Part shown: positions 8,612-18,922 of the stretch, piece by piece
Position numbering within the stretch: position 1 is the first letter of the stretch
Layout: every line of letters starts with the position of its first letter
Virus record (IMG/VR): IMGVR_UViG_3300048577_000486
Coordinates: 1-37,483 of that record
DNA: 37,483 nucleotides
Source of the DNA: a virus
Lineage: Duplodnaviria; Caudoviricetes
Reading direction: 5' to 3' (one strand)
Program-made: the position numbers and the translations under genes
The notes under the pieces: generated by a model
Told to the model about the DNA's origin: nothing
The model's input: the letters and a program-made list of their open reading frames with translations, nothing else
Databases searched by the model: none

Positions 8612-10832
8612 TACAAACGAGAAAATAGTTTTAAGTGTAACACTTAACTACTCCGATTCCATAAAACAAACGGCTGAATTAGCCAGCGAAATTTTAAAGG
8701 CCAAAACCAACATCAAAGAGTTGAAGGATGCCGGGAAAGAAGGAACAGCCGAATACCAAGCACAATCGCAAGCACTAAAATATTTAACGGACCAACATCG
8801 CCAACAGTCTAAAGCCATTCAGGACAGTATTAAGGTACAGCAAGCCAACTCCGGAAGCATACAACAAATGCGCTCGGAAATCAATAAACTAACTGCCGAG
8901 TATGTTAACCTTACTAAAGAAGAGCGAGAAAGCTCAAAAGGCAAGGACTTACTTAATAAGTTACGAGGCACAACCGATGAAGTTAAAGCCCTTGAAAAAG
9001 CAATGGGCGATAACCGAAGAAACGTTGGTAATTATGAATCTGTTTTTGCTTCACTATCTGATCAGTTTAAAGTTGGTGGAATAAATCTTACAAACCTTAA
9101 AAACGGCTTCAATGCAACAAAAGATATAATTGGTGGAGCAAAGGACCAAATGAGTTCTTTTAACGGGGTTATGAAAGCCAATGTAATAGGTATTGTTATA
9201 ACTTTGGTTGCCGGATTAGTCGCTGCCTTTAGTAGGTTTCAACCATACGTTGATAAAGTTGAACAAGCAGTTGGGGCATTAAATGGAGTACTTGATGTTT
9301 TGCTTGGCAGGTTGATAACCGTTGGCCAAGGTGTAGTTGAATTTTTATCAGGTAATTTTTCGGAGGGTATTGATAAAATAAAACACTCCTTTGATGGTGT
9401 TGGAGATAGCATGTTAAAGGCTGCAAAAGCAGGAGCAGAATTGGTAGCCATGCAGCAAAAACTTGATGATATCAATAGAGAAAACATCATTACTAATTCT
9501 CAACTAAACAAAGAGGTTGATCAGTTATTATTAAAGGCCAAAAACAGAACACTAACCGAGCGCGAGCGAATTGCATTATTAGACGAGGCATCGGCCAAAG
9601 AAAAGCAAGCATTTGAAAACAATAAAAAAGCTGCTGAGTTAGAACTTGAAATTGCACAGAAAAAATATGACAAGGCAGTTGAAAATCAAACCTTAAATGA
9701 TGCAATTGAAGATGCCAGAGCCAATGCAATAGCAAAAGTTAATCAACTTGAAAGCGACAGTATTAACCTACAAGAAAAAATACAAAATAGAAGAGATTCG
9801 TTGATTGATGCCGAATCACAAAAACGTTCTGCTGCACTTGCAAAAAGACTTAAAGAGGAAGAGGATTTTTTAAAGGCTCAACTTGATGCCGATGCGAAAA
9901 TGCAGTCTGAACAAAAAGAGGCCGAACAGCAAGCATTAAAAGACAGAGAGGATGCGTACAATTCTGCTAATTTAATACTGAAAAGAAGTTTTGCAGATGC
10001 CGAAAAAATAAGGCTTGACGAATTGGCCAAGGGCGCATTAACACAACAAGAGTTTGATAATCAACAGTTAATAGCAAGAGAGGCACAACTTGAAGCACAG
10101 ATTGCACTTGATCAGCAATACTACAAAGATACAATTGATAATGAAGTTGCACTTGCAAATGCAAAAACTCAAATTGCACTTAAAGAGGCAGCAGATAAAA
10201 AAGCAATTAATGATGCACGGATAGAACAAGAGCAACAAACATTTTTTGCATTAACATCATTGGCATCATCGCTTAATGAATTGGCCGGGAAAAATACGGC
10301 AGCAGCTAAAGCGATAACCACTGCCCAAACATTAATATCAACATACTTTACAGCACAAAAAGCATACGAAAGTGCGTTTTTGCCAATACCAACTATTGCT
10401 TCACCTGCATTAGGTTTTATAAGCGCTGCTGCTGCTGTTACAGCAGGTTTGGCCAACGTTGCTAAAATTAATTCTATTAATACTCCTATTGGTGGAGCTG
10501 CTGCAGGTGGTGGAGATTTTATGACCAAAGGACCAACCTTGTTATTGGTTGGCGATAACCCTGGTGGTGTTGAACGAATAAGTGTAGAGCCAATCAGCGG
10601 AAAGGGTAAAACTACAATTAACCCGAATGGTAACTTAGTTGCAATGGCAGGTGGAGGAACATTAACTGCATTTGGTGGCTATGCTGAACGAAGAAACTCT
10701 GATATGGGGATTATTGACTATGCTGCACTTGCCGATGCGTTTGCTAAACAACCTGCACCAATATTGCGTATTACCGACCTAAATAAGGTAAATGAAAACA
10801 GCAGCAAGGTTGCTGCTGTTTCGGAGTTATAA
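8604..10832 (+). CDS. Tail tape measure protein
   Basis: 742 aa, Ala/Lys/Glu-rich helical, with RNVGNY, a hydrophobic segment and a Gly-rich C-terminus (GGG...VGDNPGG.E). Confidence 0.85.
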   Translation: MADTNEKIVLSVTLNYSDSIKQTAELASEILKAKTNIKELKDAGKEGTAEYQAQSQALKYLTDQHRQQSKAIQDSIKVQQANSGSIQQMRSEINKLTAEYVNLTKEERESSKGKDLLNKLRGTTDEVKALEKAMGDNRRNVGNYESVFASLSDQFKVGGINLTNLKNGFNATKDIIGGAKDQMSSFNGVMKANVIGIVITLVAGLVAAFSRFQPYVDKVEQAVGALNGVLDVLLGRLITVGQGVVEFLSGNFSEGIDKIKHSFDGVGDSMLKAAKAGAELVAMQQKLDDINRENIITNSQLNKEVDQLLLKAKNRTLTERERIALLDEASAKEKQAFENNKKAAELELEIAQKKYDKAVENQTLNDAIEDARANAIAKVNQLESDSINLQEKIQNRRDSLIDAESQKRSAALAKRLKEEEDFLKAQLDADAKMQSEQKEAEQQALKDREDAYNSANLILKRSFADAEKIRLDELAKGALTQQEFDNQQLIAREAQLEAQIALDQQYYKDTIDNEVALANAKTQIALKEAADKKAINDARIEQEQQTFFALTSLASSLNELAGKNTAAAKAITTAQTLISTYFTAQKAYESAFLPIPTIASPALGFISAAAAVTAGLANVAKINSINTPIGGAAAGGGDFMTKGPTLLLVGDNPGGVERISVEPISGKGKTTINPNGNLVAMAGGGTLTAFGGYAERRNSDMGIIDYAALADAFAKQPAPILRITDLNKVNENSSKVAAVSEL

Positions 10833-11075
10833 ATATTTTTGCATCTGATCGTATATTTTCTCGAAGTGCTTTCTGGCTTCTTCAATCATATCATCATGCA
10901 ACTTCTTCCATGATTTTTTTCTAAATGAAAATCCTTGTTTAGCTTTCATTTTTGCAACTTCAGTCATAAGCACGTTAATCATTGCCTCCTGCCTTAGTGT
11001 ACTGCTAAGCAATTCGTTTCGGATATCAACTTTAAATCCCGGATCAAACTCTTCTTTTGCTTTTTGGCTTTCCAT
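10827..11075 (-). CDS. Hypothetical protein
   Basis: ATG at 11075; convergent with the tape-measure gene. Confidence 0.55.
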   Translation of the reverse strand: MESQKAKEEFDPGFKVDIRNELLSSTLRQEAMINVLMTEVAKMKAKQGFSFRKKSWKKLHDDMIEEARKHFEKIYDQMQKYL

Positions 11076-11160
11076 TATGAACAAAGTTTAAGGAATAAAG
11101 AGAACAACACACACAGAAGCGTGTATCCTAGTATAAATAAAAACAATTTAAAGACTGATT

Positions 11161-11532
11161 TCATTTGCAAAAATCTACATAGTTGATGTTAACCTTCCCG
11201 GAAGCAACATTTGTGTACTTGTAATTAATGCTGCTGAAACCAGGTCTTATTAATGAAATAACAAGACCTGTATCGCTCCTTAATACATCGTATTTAAACT
11301 GTATGACCGAAGTTTGAGTGTCGTTACTTTCAGTATTTATGTTAAGCGTACTCTGCTTATAAAGAGTGTCTGTGATGGTTACAACTCGATACCTAATTGA
11401 GTTTGTACCGTAGTTCTTATTACATTCTGTGTAGGTGCCTTGTTCTACATTTTCAATAGGCTTGGGTTCTTCCTCTTTTTTACATGATGCAAATAAAAAG
11501 GCAAGTATCATTGTGGTAGTTAGTACTTTCAT
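11161..11532 (-). CDS. Lipoprotein (moron-like)
   Basis: LFASC lipobox followed by KKEEE; own -7 element TACTTTTG at 11545-11538. Confidence 0.75.
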   Translation of the reverse strand: MKVLTTTMILAFLFASCKKEEEPKPIENVEQGTYTECNKNYGTNSIRYRVVTITDTLYKQSTLNINTESNDTQTSVIQFKYDVLRSDTGLVISLIRPGFSSINYKYTNVASGKVNINYVDFCK

Positions 11533-11558
11533 ACTAACAAAAGTAAGACATTTTTTGA

Positions 11559-13490
11559 TTAATCAATAGGGCAAAGTTCAGTTTCTGTACTTTCGTTTTG
11601 GCCAATCTTATATTGATTAATTGAATTGAGATAAAAGTACCCGTTTATATGTATATCATCAATGGTTGTATTGATGTAAAGTGAGCGATTATAGTTTAAA
11701 CTTTTTGAGAATGGAGTGCTTGAAGATATTTGGCAAACGTGCACATTGTTAAGCCTTAGGTTTAATTTTATTATTTTTTGATTAAACATCACGGCCTTAA
11801 TTAACTTGTAGTTTCTATCAATCAAGGCATCAAAATGAAAATCATCAAAAAACAAATGGCTGTTTGTGGCCAATGCCGGTTGTCCTGAAATATTAAATAG
11901 GTTCTCGTTGTTTTGTACAATGTAAGCGCACCTTGGTGTTAACTGCTGTGTTGTTGTAAATAAAGGATATGTGGCCATTGTTATACCTCCAACAACAGCT
12001 CTAACTACTCCTGCAAACTCAGACTTGAATAACTCCGATTCTACCGGCAAAAGTTCATTATCAATTTTTAAATTTCCGGTGCCATAATCAATAGGAAGTG
12101 TTGAATCGTTGTTATCCTCTTTGTATCGCATGTAGTTGTTTTGTGCATAATTACCGAAATTATACTCAATCTCTGGCCGTTCTGATGCATCTACTAAGTT
12201 TGATACATCAATGGCCTTATCTTTTTCAGAAACATCATCAAACTTATTTAGGATGATAACTCCATTTTCATAATCTGTTGTTACCTGAACTCCAAATTGA
12301 TTGAAAACATGTTTGATAAAATCTTTTATTTTGAGTTTAGGAGGAAGACTTAACGCTAAGTCTGTGTGTTGATCTCTCTGCTGTGGGAATATTTCATCCA
12401 ATCCATCATCAAACTTTAAATAGCCATTTAAACAACTGAATTGATTTACAGAAGTATTCCCAAAATTAACCCTAATACGATAAGAAGTTGCAAAATCGAA
12501 AACAAGGTTTGTATAAGATAATTGCACATAAATATTACCAGAACCGAAATAAGAAGATGTGCCAAGTATTTGAGGAGTTATTGATGTTACGGGATTTATA
12601 TCTTCAAGAGATACCGTAACTGTTCCAGTACCTGAAAAACTAGTAGGCAATTCAAGTAATAAATATCCTTCTGCATTTACTGTTTTTGTACTACCAAAAT
12701 CAAAAGCAGTGAAAAAACCACTTCCAACGCCATCCCACTCCGAATTTCTTATAAAAAACAAAGGAGCGTTTGTCGGCTTTAACTTTCGAGTATTTTCAAG
12801 TGAGGCAAACGCAATACCATCACCAGTAGTTATTAATTCATTTGTTACTTTCCTGAAGTCAGCATCAAAAAAAGTTGTTCCGAATCTTTTCATCCATTGC
12901 TTGTTGCAAAACGGCAAAACGGAACGTTGAAACAATGGGTCACCTAACAATGAACCCGCAATTGTATATCCATACTCTGCGAATATAGAATCAAGTAATG
13001 TTCGGTAATAAATTGAAGGGTAAAAATCGACTGTATTACCATAGTGACAATTTGCATAAACAAACCCACTTGTATTTAGTCTATTGTCGTTTATCACATC
13101 GTTAAAAAACATGTGATCGTATTGGCTCAAATCTATGCTTTGTAATTGCTTATCTCCTATACTATCAATCCAATTGGAGTTACCGGAAAAAACGTTGATG
13201 TTAATTTCATCCTTAGATGTAACTATTTTACAAAACCCATCAACTACCAAAACCCCATTTTCGTAAATCTTAACCGTGTTTTTTTTTCGGGCAAAATCAC
13301 CAATGCTATTGGGTTGGTGGCTGTGTTGTGCAATTTTTTTATTGTTGGCCGTGTATGGTATTTTAAACGTGTTGGAGTACTCCCCACTTCGGGACTTTAC
13401 TTCCTGAAATTTATTGCACTGATAAGTCATAGCAACGGTTTCGTTGCCAAATAAATCTACACGCTGTCCGTTAATAAAAAAATCAATCAT
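11559..13490 (-). CDS. Putative tail tip/baseplate structural protein
   Basis: 643 aa, beta-rich, in the tail module; N-terminus ING..VDL...YSNTFKIP.T.NN. Confidence 0.65.
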   Translation of the reverse strand: MIDFFINGQRVDLFGNETVAMTYQCNKFQEVKSRSGEYSNTFKIPYTANNKKIAQHSHQPNSIGDFARKKNTVKIYENGVLVVDGFCKIVTSKDEININVFSGNSNWIDSIGDKQLQSIDLSQYDHMFFNDVINDNRLNTSGFVYANCHYGNTVDFYPSIYYRTLLDSIFAEYGYTIAGSLLGDPLFQRSVLPFCNKQWMKRFGTTFFDADFRKVTNELITTGDGIAFASLENTRKLKPTNAPLFFIRNSEWDGVGSGFFTAFDFGSTKTVNAEGYLLLELPTSFSGTGTVTVSLEDINPVTSITPQILGTSSYFGSGNIYVQLSYTNLVFDFATSYRIRVNFGNTSVNQFSCLNGYLKFDDGLDEIFPQQRDQHTDLALSLPPKLKIKDFIKHVFNQFGVQVTTDYENGVIILNKFDDVSEKDKAIDVSNLVDASERPEIEYNFGNYAQNNYMRYKEDNNDSTLPIDYGTGNLKIDNELLPVESELFKSEFAGVVRAVVGGITMATYPLFTTTQQLTPRCAYIVQNNENLFNISGQPALATNSHLFFDDFHFDALIDRNYKLIKAVMFNQKIIKLNLRLNNVHVCQISSSTPFSKSLNYNRSLYINTTIDDIHINGYFYLNSINQYKIGQNESTETELCPID

Positions 13491-14434
13491 TACTGAATTT
13501 GCACAAGTTTGTTTTGTGAGAAAATAAACCTGAACGATAAAGACTTAAACTCTTCATCATTGTCAATGGTTATAAAGTTACCCTCATCAATAGTTATTGA
13601 TGTAAAAACAAATTCATCATCAACAAAATCTACTTTATAAGCCTGAATTGAATTGCGTAGTGAAGCAATTTTTTCGACATGCTCTTTTGGTATTAATTGA
13701 TTGTTTACCTCAATTACATCGTATATAGAACCGCGAGAGGAGTAAATTAAATTCCTATTGTTATTGACAAATTTTTTCGCTCCTGCTTGGCTTACTTGGT
13801 AGCGTTTGTTTTGAGTGAAATAATAGGTATCCCATCCACCACGATCATTTAACCATGTAATTAAAATAGCATCTGCTGGGCATTCGTCATAATCTGAGTA
13901 TACTACTTCATCTACTTCAATAAGATTAACAAGTATTATATCCGATAGAGTTCGTCCGGCAAGGCTATAACTTATTGTCATAAACTTTGCACCTTCACCA
14001 TCGTGGGTAAAGGTTATTAAGCCTGAAGATGATATTGTAAAATTAGTATCACCAGAAGTTTTTGAAAAGCCTGATGCAGTTTCATTTTCGTTGACTAACT
14101 GAATTAAAGTAGGCGTTTCTTTTACTTTAGGAAGATTAAAAACCTTTCGGTTTAACTTTCCGTAGTTAATGATAACCAATCGAAAAACTATGCTTTGCCA
14201 CAAAATAGTAGGTGCATAATAACGTACAATAAACTCGTATGTGCCTGGAAACAATGTTAGGTTACTAACAAACGTTAAAACGCCCGTAGTTCCATTAATT
14301 GTAGCCACTGGAGTTGAACCGAAAATAGTTGGCACATCAAGCAGTTCAAAACCATAAGAACCGGCAGGATATGTCGGTGCTAACGTTTTAGCGCTTACAT
14401 CGGTATTATTGTATACAGCTTCGTTTGGTGTCAT
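13490..14434 (-). CDS. Putative tail structural protein with Ig-like N-terminal part
   Basis: TING.TGV and TISSSGLI strands; C-terminal WLNDRGGWDTYYF; ATG at 14434. Confidence 0.6.
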   Translation of the reverse strand: MTPNEAVYNNTDVSAKTLAPTYPAGSYGFELLDVPTIFGSTPVATINGTTGVLTFVSNLTLFPGTYEFIVRYYAPTILWQSIVFRLVIINYGKLNRKVFNLPKVKETPTLIQLVNENETASGFSKTSGDTNFTISSSGLITFTHDGEGAKFMTISYSLAGRTLSDIILVNLIEVDEVVYSDYDECPADAILITWLNDRGGWDTYYFTQNKRYQVSQAGAKKFVNNNRNLIYSSRGSIYDVIEVNNQLIPKEHVEKIASLRNSIQAYKVDFVDDEFVFTSITIDEGNFITIDNDEEFKSLSFRFIFSQNKLVQIQ

Positions 14435-14435
14435 T

Positions 14436-14612
14436 TTAATTTTCAATTACAACCCAACTATCCGGGTTGAGGTGATCAGATAAATTTATACACTTCATTT
14501 GAGTGAAGTTCTCGAAGTTTATAAAGTCGGGGCATTGACTGGGATACTCAGAAGCAATGGAGCTTATTCCATTGATTGTGCCGTCATTGTTGAATAGCAA
14601 ACTAAAAGTCAT
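14436..14612 (-). CDS. 58-aa protein (not in the ORF track), possible fibre chaperone
   Basis: MTFSLLFNNDGTINGISS...WVVIEN fills the gap exactly and overlaps the upstream gene's stop. Confidence 0.55.
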   Translation of the reverse strand: MTFSLLFNNDGTINGISSIASEYPSQCPDFINFENFTQMKCINLSDHLNPDSWVVIEN

Positions 14613-15711
14613 ACTCGTTTATTCTTAAAGTATTAAAACACGCTAAGCTGTTGTTGTATACAGCACCTGAAATAGTAGGGCAACCCTCATCAATTTCACG
14701 GTATCCACATGCCATATTGGCTAAAGCTTGAGTTGTATCAAAAATGTAATATCGGTTGAGCCCGCTTGTTACAATGGAGGTAACATTTGCTGGCCTAACA
14801 TAAATTTTCTTACTGTAAGGTGAATACAATACACAATTAGCCGAATTATGGTTAGTTGCTAAAATTGATGTAATTAGCGGGTAAAGGTTACCAACACTCG
14901 CAAATGTTGGTGTTATAGATATAATTGGTAAAGCTGTTCCATTGTTATTGGTAACTACAAGATGAGAACTAATCTGACTATATGCTGAATCACCCCTATT
15001 GGATGTAATAATTGAGATACCTGCATCACGATTGCCCGTTTCATCTATCCGATAGTAAGATGCATTGATACCTAAGTAGTATTTCCCTGCAATTTTATTT
15101 AGACCTAAAGTAGATGATATGCCTAAGTAATGAACTACAGACTCATCAACATTTCGAAGTATCGCATAAATTTCATTATTCACATTACCACTTACTGATG
15201 CACCAATATGTTGCAAGTACACTGAGTTAGATGCCAGATATGAATTTGATGTGATGTTTTTTGTTGGAATTTCACTTAAAGAAAGTGCAGCATCAGGTTT
15301 AACTTTTGCACCTGAAGTAACAAACATATCAAAGGCTTCAGAGTAAACAACAGCCGCACCAACCGAAAAGCGAGTAGATGTTATGGTATTAATTATTGTA
15401 TTAAAATTAACACTTGAAGGATTAGCGTCAATCACAATAACATTCGCCGTACCAAAAACCCAAACTTCTTGTGTGATTGAGCGATAGCATATGTTGTGAT
15501 AAAAATTACCTGCGGTTAAGTTAATCGTTGCAACACGTGCAGAACTTGCTACAGACAAAGGACTGAAAGTACCGACATCAACAGCCAAATCTGTAACAAC
15601 AACAGTTCTTGCACGAGGGCATAGATCGTAACGATAACGCCCATCACCTCCATAATTTACTGCATTACCTCTATCGGTAATTTTATTTCTTTTTGGGAAG
15701 CCTGGTTCCAT
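14602..15711 (-). CDS. Putative receptor-binding, beta-propeller-like protein
   Basis: Ser/Thr/Asn-rich, with repeats such as ICYRSITQEVWV, VVYSEAFDMFV and VLYSPYSKKIYV. Confidence 0.5.
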   Translation of the reverse strand: MEPGFPKRNKITDRGNAVNYGGDGRYRYDLCPRARTVVVTDLAVDVGTFSPLSVASSARVATINLTAGNFYHNICYRSITQEVWVFGTANVIVIDANPSSVNFNTIINTITSTRFSVGAAVVYSEAFDMFVTSGAKVKPDAALSLSEIPTKNITSNSYLASNSVYLQHIGASVSGNVNNEIYAILRNVDESVVHYLGISSTLGLNKIAGKYYLGINASYYRIDETGNRDAGISIITSNRGDSAYSQISSHLVVTNNNGTALPIISITPTFASVGNLYPLITSILATNHNSANCVLYSPYSKKIYVRPANVTSIVTSGLNRYYIFDTTQALANMACGYREIDEGCPTISGAVYNNSLACFNTLRINEYDF

Positions 15712-15712
15712 A

Positions 15713-16147
15713 TTAGAAATCTTTTAAAATTGCCAACACTGTAATTTGTAAACCTGCGGTAACAGCAGCGTTACATTTAGCGCGTAACTTGAAGCCAGCC
15801 GGTAGTGGTATGTAATAATTTTGGTCGCGGTCTAACAAACGGCCATTAATAAAATTATTATTGCTGTTAATTAACCTCAATGGATCAGGAGTTGTTATTA
15901 TATCCCCCTGCCTTGCTGCTACAGTTGCTAGCTTAATTGGAATATCAACACTACCATTATTAAGGTAAAGTGTCATATCCTTTGCTGCAGTATCTGTACT
16001 TGTAATGAGTATTTCCATCAAACGGCTACCATCAGCAGCTGCACTGCAAATATCTTTAATTGTAGTGCCATCTGCATTTGCAAATGTTGCAACAGGTGAT
16101 GGAATCCGATCATCTTCAATAAAAAAGGCGGTTGTGTTTTTTGCCAT
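15713..16147 (-). CDS. Putative virion structural protein
   Basis: 144 aa, beta-rich, in the tail module. Confidence 0.55.
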   Translation of the reverse strand: MAKNTTAFFIEDDRIPSPVATFANADGTTIKDICSAAADGSRLMEILITSTDTAAKDMTLYLNNGSVDIPIKLATVAARQGDIITTPDPLRLINSNNNFINGRLLDRDQNYYIPLPAGFKLRAKCNAAVTAGLQITVLAILKDF

Positions 16148-16148
16148 G

Positions 16149-17675
16149 TCAATTATCTCCTATAATATAAGCCATAAGGCCATAGTTTGTGTTTACTTTA
16201 ATTTCTGTATCATCGGCAAGCAATGGTGTAATTGGGTTATCCAACTCATCAATCAGTGCAATATCTTTACTACCATTTGCTTTAACGTTTGTCCATGCAT
16301 CGCCATTTAGTGTTATTGTGCTATCAGGTACATTTGCATCAACAGTTTTAGTTGCTGCAACGTCCTTAGCCTCAATCATCACTCCTGCGCTATCTTTAAT
16401 ATTTACTGTTGCATCAGGTATAATTTCTTCTACACTTGCACTGGCAGCAACTGTTACAATACTTAATTCTTCGTCAAGCGAATTTTTGATTACTACCGTA
16501 GAATCATCAACCACAATTTCGGAAGGTTGGCAGCTTGGCACTTCAACGTTTTCAATGCTTAACCCAAGGCTATTTTTAACAGTAATTTCTGTGTTTGGCA
16601 CAACAACCTCTTTGGTTTCACCAGCCTTGATTGCAACATCACCAATAGATGCATCAAGTGTATTTACAAGTTGTGCTTCGCCATCAGGTGCGATTATATC
16701 TTGGTCAGGACCTGCGGCCTTAATTGCAGTAGTGCTTAATACTGCACCTGCAGTATCTGTTAACTTTGCATTGGTATTTGCAACTGTATAATCAGCAGGT
16801 GCGGTTACAGAGCTAATTAAGGTACCATCTGCACGTTTAACGTTAACCGTTCCACCTCCTCCCGGATCGGGTGGAACCGGTGGAACATATTCGCTATCTA
16901 AAATTGTATTTATAACAACATCATCGTTTATTCTTGAAAAGAAGAAGTGAGATAATTTGTTTTTGTAAACAACATCGTTTAGCTGCTTGAAGTTGGTAAC
17001 GTAACGTGAAGCATTAAGATTTTCTACACAACCGTTTGAAGCCGCTTTTATTTCTCCAATTGGTTGTTCAATCAAAGACCCATTATCCACTACGGTGATA
17101 TAATAGTGTAAAAACAAACTTGAATCTACTCCTGTTATGGTTGGAGGAAGTACCTCCCCTATGTAATTAACTAAGTAACCATCAATTCTAAATGTATATA
17201 AATTGTCTGTATCAGAATTAATTTTAAAAGATGCGTACTTTTCTAAAACTGGTAAACCAGACTGAACACCCTTTCTATACCCTGCATAAATGTAAACGGT
17301 TATCTCATTGGTTTTATGGATAACAGCAGAATTAAATGTTGTGTATATTGTTGGGCTTGAATGGCTGATTAACTCAAGGTAAGCATTAAGTCCACTCATG
17401 TAAACAACTCTATAAACTTGTGTTACAATAGTTGTACCACCAACATCTAATATTTCTTTTGTCGTTGTGAGTAAATCACCAACAGATAACTTACCTGCTC
17501 GTTCGTTGTTTAATACAGGCATTATAATCCCTGTAATAGGATGAAAGCCTGATTCAATTGCATATTCTGCACCAAGACCGGGCAACACAGGAAGAGTATA
17601 TGTTCTCCTTAATTGGTATTGTATTGGCCAATATAACGAAGACCAAGCATCTGGTTGACTAACTATAGTTATCAT
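16149..17675 (-). CDS. Putative tail protein with about six 30-aa repeats
   Basis: A Pro/Gly linker (PPVPPDPGGGG) is followed by P[DN]xTxxxxNSxG-type repeats. Confidence 0.6.
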   Translation of the reverse strand: MITIVSQPDAWSSLYWPIQYQLRRTYTLPVLPGLGAEYAIESGFHPITGIIMPVLNNERAGKLSVGDLLTTTKEILDVGGTTIVTQVYRVVYMSGLNAYLELISHSSPTIYTTFNSAVIHKTNEITVYIYAGYRKGVQSGLPVLEKYASFKINSDTDNLYTFRIDGYLVNYIGEVLPPTITGVDSSLFLHYYITVVDNGSLIEQPIGEIKAASNGCVENLNASRYVTNFKQLNDVVYKNKLSHFFFSRINDDVVINTILDSEYVPPVPPDPGGGGTVNVKRADGTLISSVTAPADYTVANTNAKLTDTAGAVLSTTAIKAAGPDQDIIAPDGEAQLVNTLDASIGDVAIKAGETKEVVVPNTEITVKNSLGLSIENVEVPSCQPSEIVVDDSTVVIKNSLDEELSIVTVAASASVEEIIPDATVNIKDSAGVMIEAKDVAATKTVDANVPDSTITLNGDAWTNVKANGSKDIALIDELDNPITPLLADDTEIKVNTNYGLMAYIIGDN

Positions 17676-18181
17676 GCTAATGCCTCCTCTCTAAACGGTT
17701 GTAATAAGTCTTGTATCAATTGCTCGGTGTTTCTAAGTATGAGAGATTGTTTTAATTGCTCAATTCTTTCGGCCAATGGTATATCAGCTAACAAACCACT
17801 ATTTCCACCTTGGTGTTGTTGCCATATTGTTGAACCAAACCTATCAATGTTTGTGGCCACACTTACCGGATTATAATCTAATCCTTTAACGGCCAACCAC
17901 TGTTCTATTTCAAATAATGCAAAATTGCTTTGACGAGGAGCTTCACCAAAAACAAGCTTATCAATGTATGCCAATGCATACACATTTAGCTGCTCGTCCG
18001 TTAATTCATCACGCAAAGAATTAGCAAGCCGCCCCGAAGCATTTACAACAGCTTCAAATTCGCCCGTGCCTTTACCTTTCCTTTTAATGGGTTTGGTTTC
18101 GATAGCATGTTTAACATGATCGATGTACCATTCCGAGAAGTCTTTTAATATGTTTTCTTCAAAAACTGTCATTCTCAACAA
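17672..18181 (-). CDS. Putative neck/tail-completion protein
   Basis: NASGRLANSL...Y...G motif typical of neck proteins. Confidence 0.5.
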   Translation of the reverse strand: MLRMTVFEENILKDFSEWYIDHVKHAIETKPIKRKGKGTGEFEAVVNASGRLANSLRDELTDEQLNVYALAYIDKLVFGEAPRQSNFALFEIEQWLAVKGLDYNPVSVATNIDRFGSTIWQQHQGGNSGLLADIPLAERIEQLKQSLILRNTEQLIQDLLQPFREEALA

Positions 18182-18503
18182 CGGTTAAACCATTTATTGG
18201 AGTTAACTCCTGCAATACCAATTCTTGTGTTAGTTTGCAGTATGCTTCAACGGCTTTCATTCCTCCGTTTTTATATGCATTAATTATACGGTTGTTATGG
18301 TTAACTGGATATCTAACACTGTTTTCAACAAGATACTTTTGGTCAGGATGAACAACACCAAAAGCAGATTTATTGATATTAGGATTATCAATAATATCCT
18401 TGCCAATCATAGTTCGTTTTTGTTTTACCTCGTAGTATGTAGTTGGTAAAATCTTGGCTAATTTTTTAAACTCTTTTGCTTGAAACTTAGTTAATTTTAA
18501 CAT
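18159..18503 (-). CDS. Hypothetical protein
   Basis: Overlaps both neighbours in the operon. Confidence 0.65.
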   Translation of the reverse strand: MLKLTKFQAKEFKKLAKILPTTYYEVKQKRTMIGKDIIDNPNINKSAFGVVHPDQKYLVENSVRYPVNHNNRIINAYKNGGMKAVEAYCKLTQELVLQELTPINGLTVVENDSF

Positions 18504-18922
18504 ACTGGCTTTTTAGATGTTAGTGTAAAGCTTACTGAATACCCGGTACAATAACCGGGGAATGTTTGAAGCTCTGGAGTTTTAAGAATTTTAGATGTGA
18601 TGCTTGCTTTGCCTTTAATTCTGTTTTCAAAATCGGCAAGAAAACTCTCACTTAAAGCATTCATTTGCTCAACAATAACATCCCTTTCATCGGTTGTATT
18701 GTTAGTGCTATCTTGACTTACAAAAAACATAACAATTTGCCTTTCAATATTTCCCAACTTTCTGTCGTGGGTTTCTCTAAATGGCATTAAAGCAACCATT
18801 GGCCAATTAGCTGTTGTTGATGCCAAAGAGGCATCAGGTCTACGCCCACGGACAAATGTTCCGTCAGGATTAACGGCAAGTAATGATGTTTTAAAAAGTA
18901 ATATGCAGTTTAGGTATGTCAT
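18497..18922 (-). CDS. Putative tail terminator
   Basis: 141 aa with WP.V and C-terminal TGYSVSFTL; position fits. Confidence 0.5.
   Translation of the reverse strand: MTYLNCILLFKTSLLAVNPDGTFVRGRRPDASLASTTANWPMVALMPFRETHDRKLGNIERQIVMFFVSQDSTNNTTDERDVIVEQMNALSESFLADFENRIKGKASITSKILKTPELQTFPGYCTGYSVSFTLTSKKPVC

Noticed and set aside
11559-17675. Diversity-generating retroelement or shufflon acting on tail genes
   Set aside because: No reverse transcriptase or invertase, and I saw no template/variable repeat pair.
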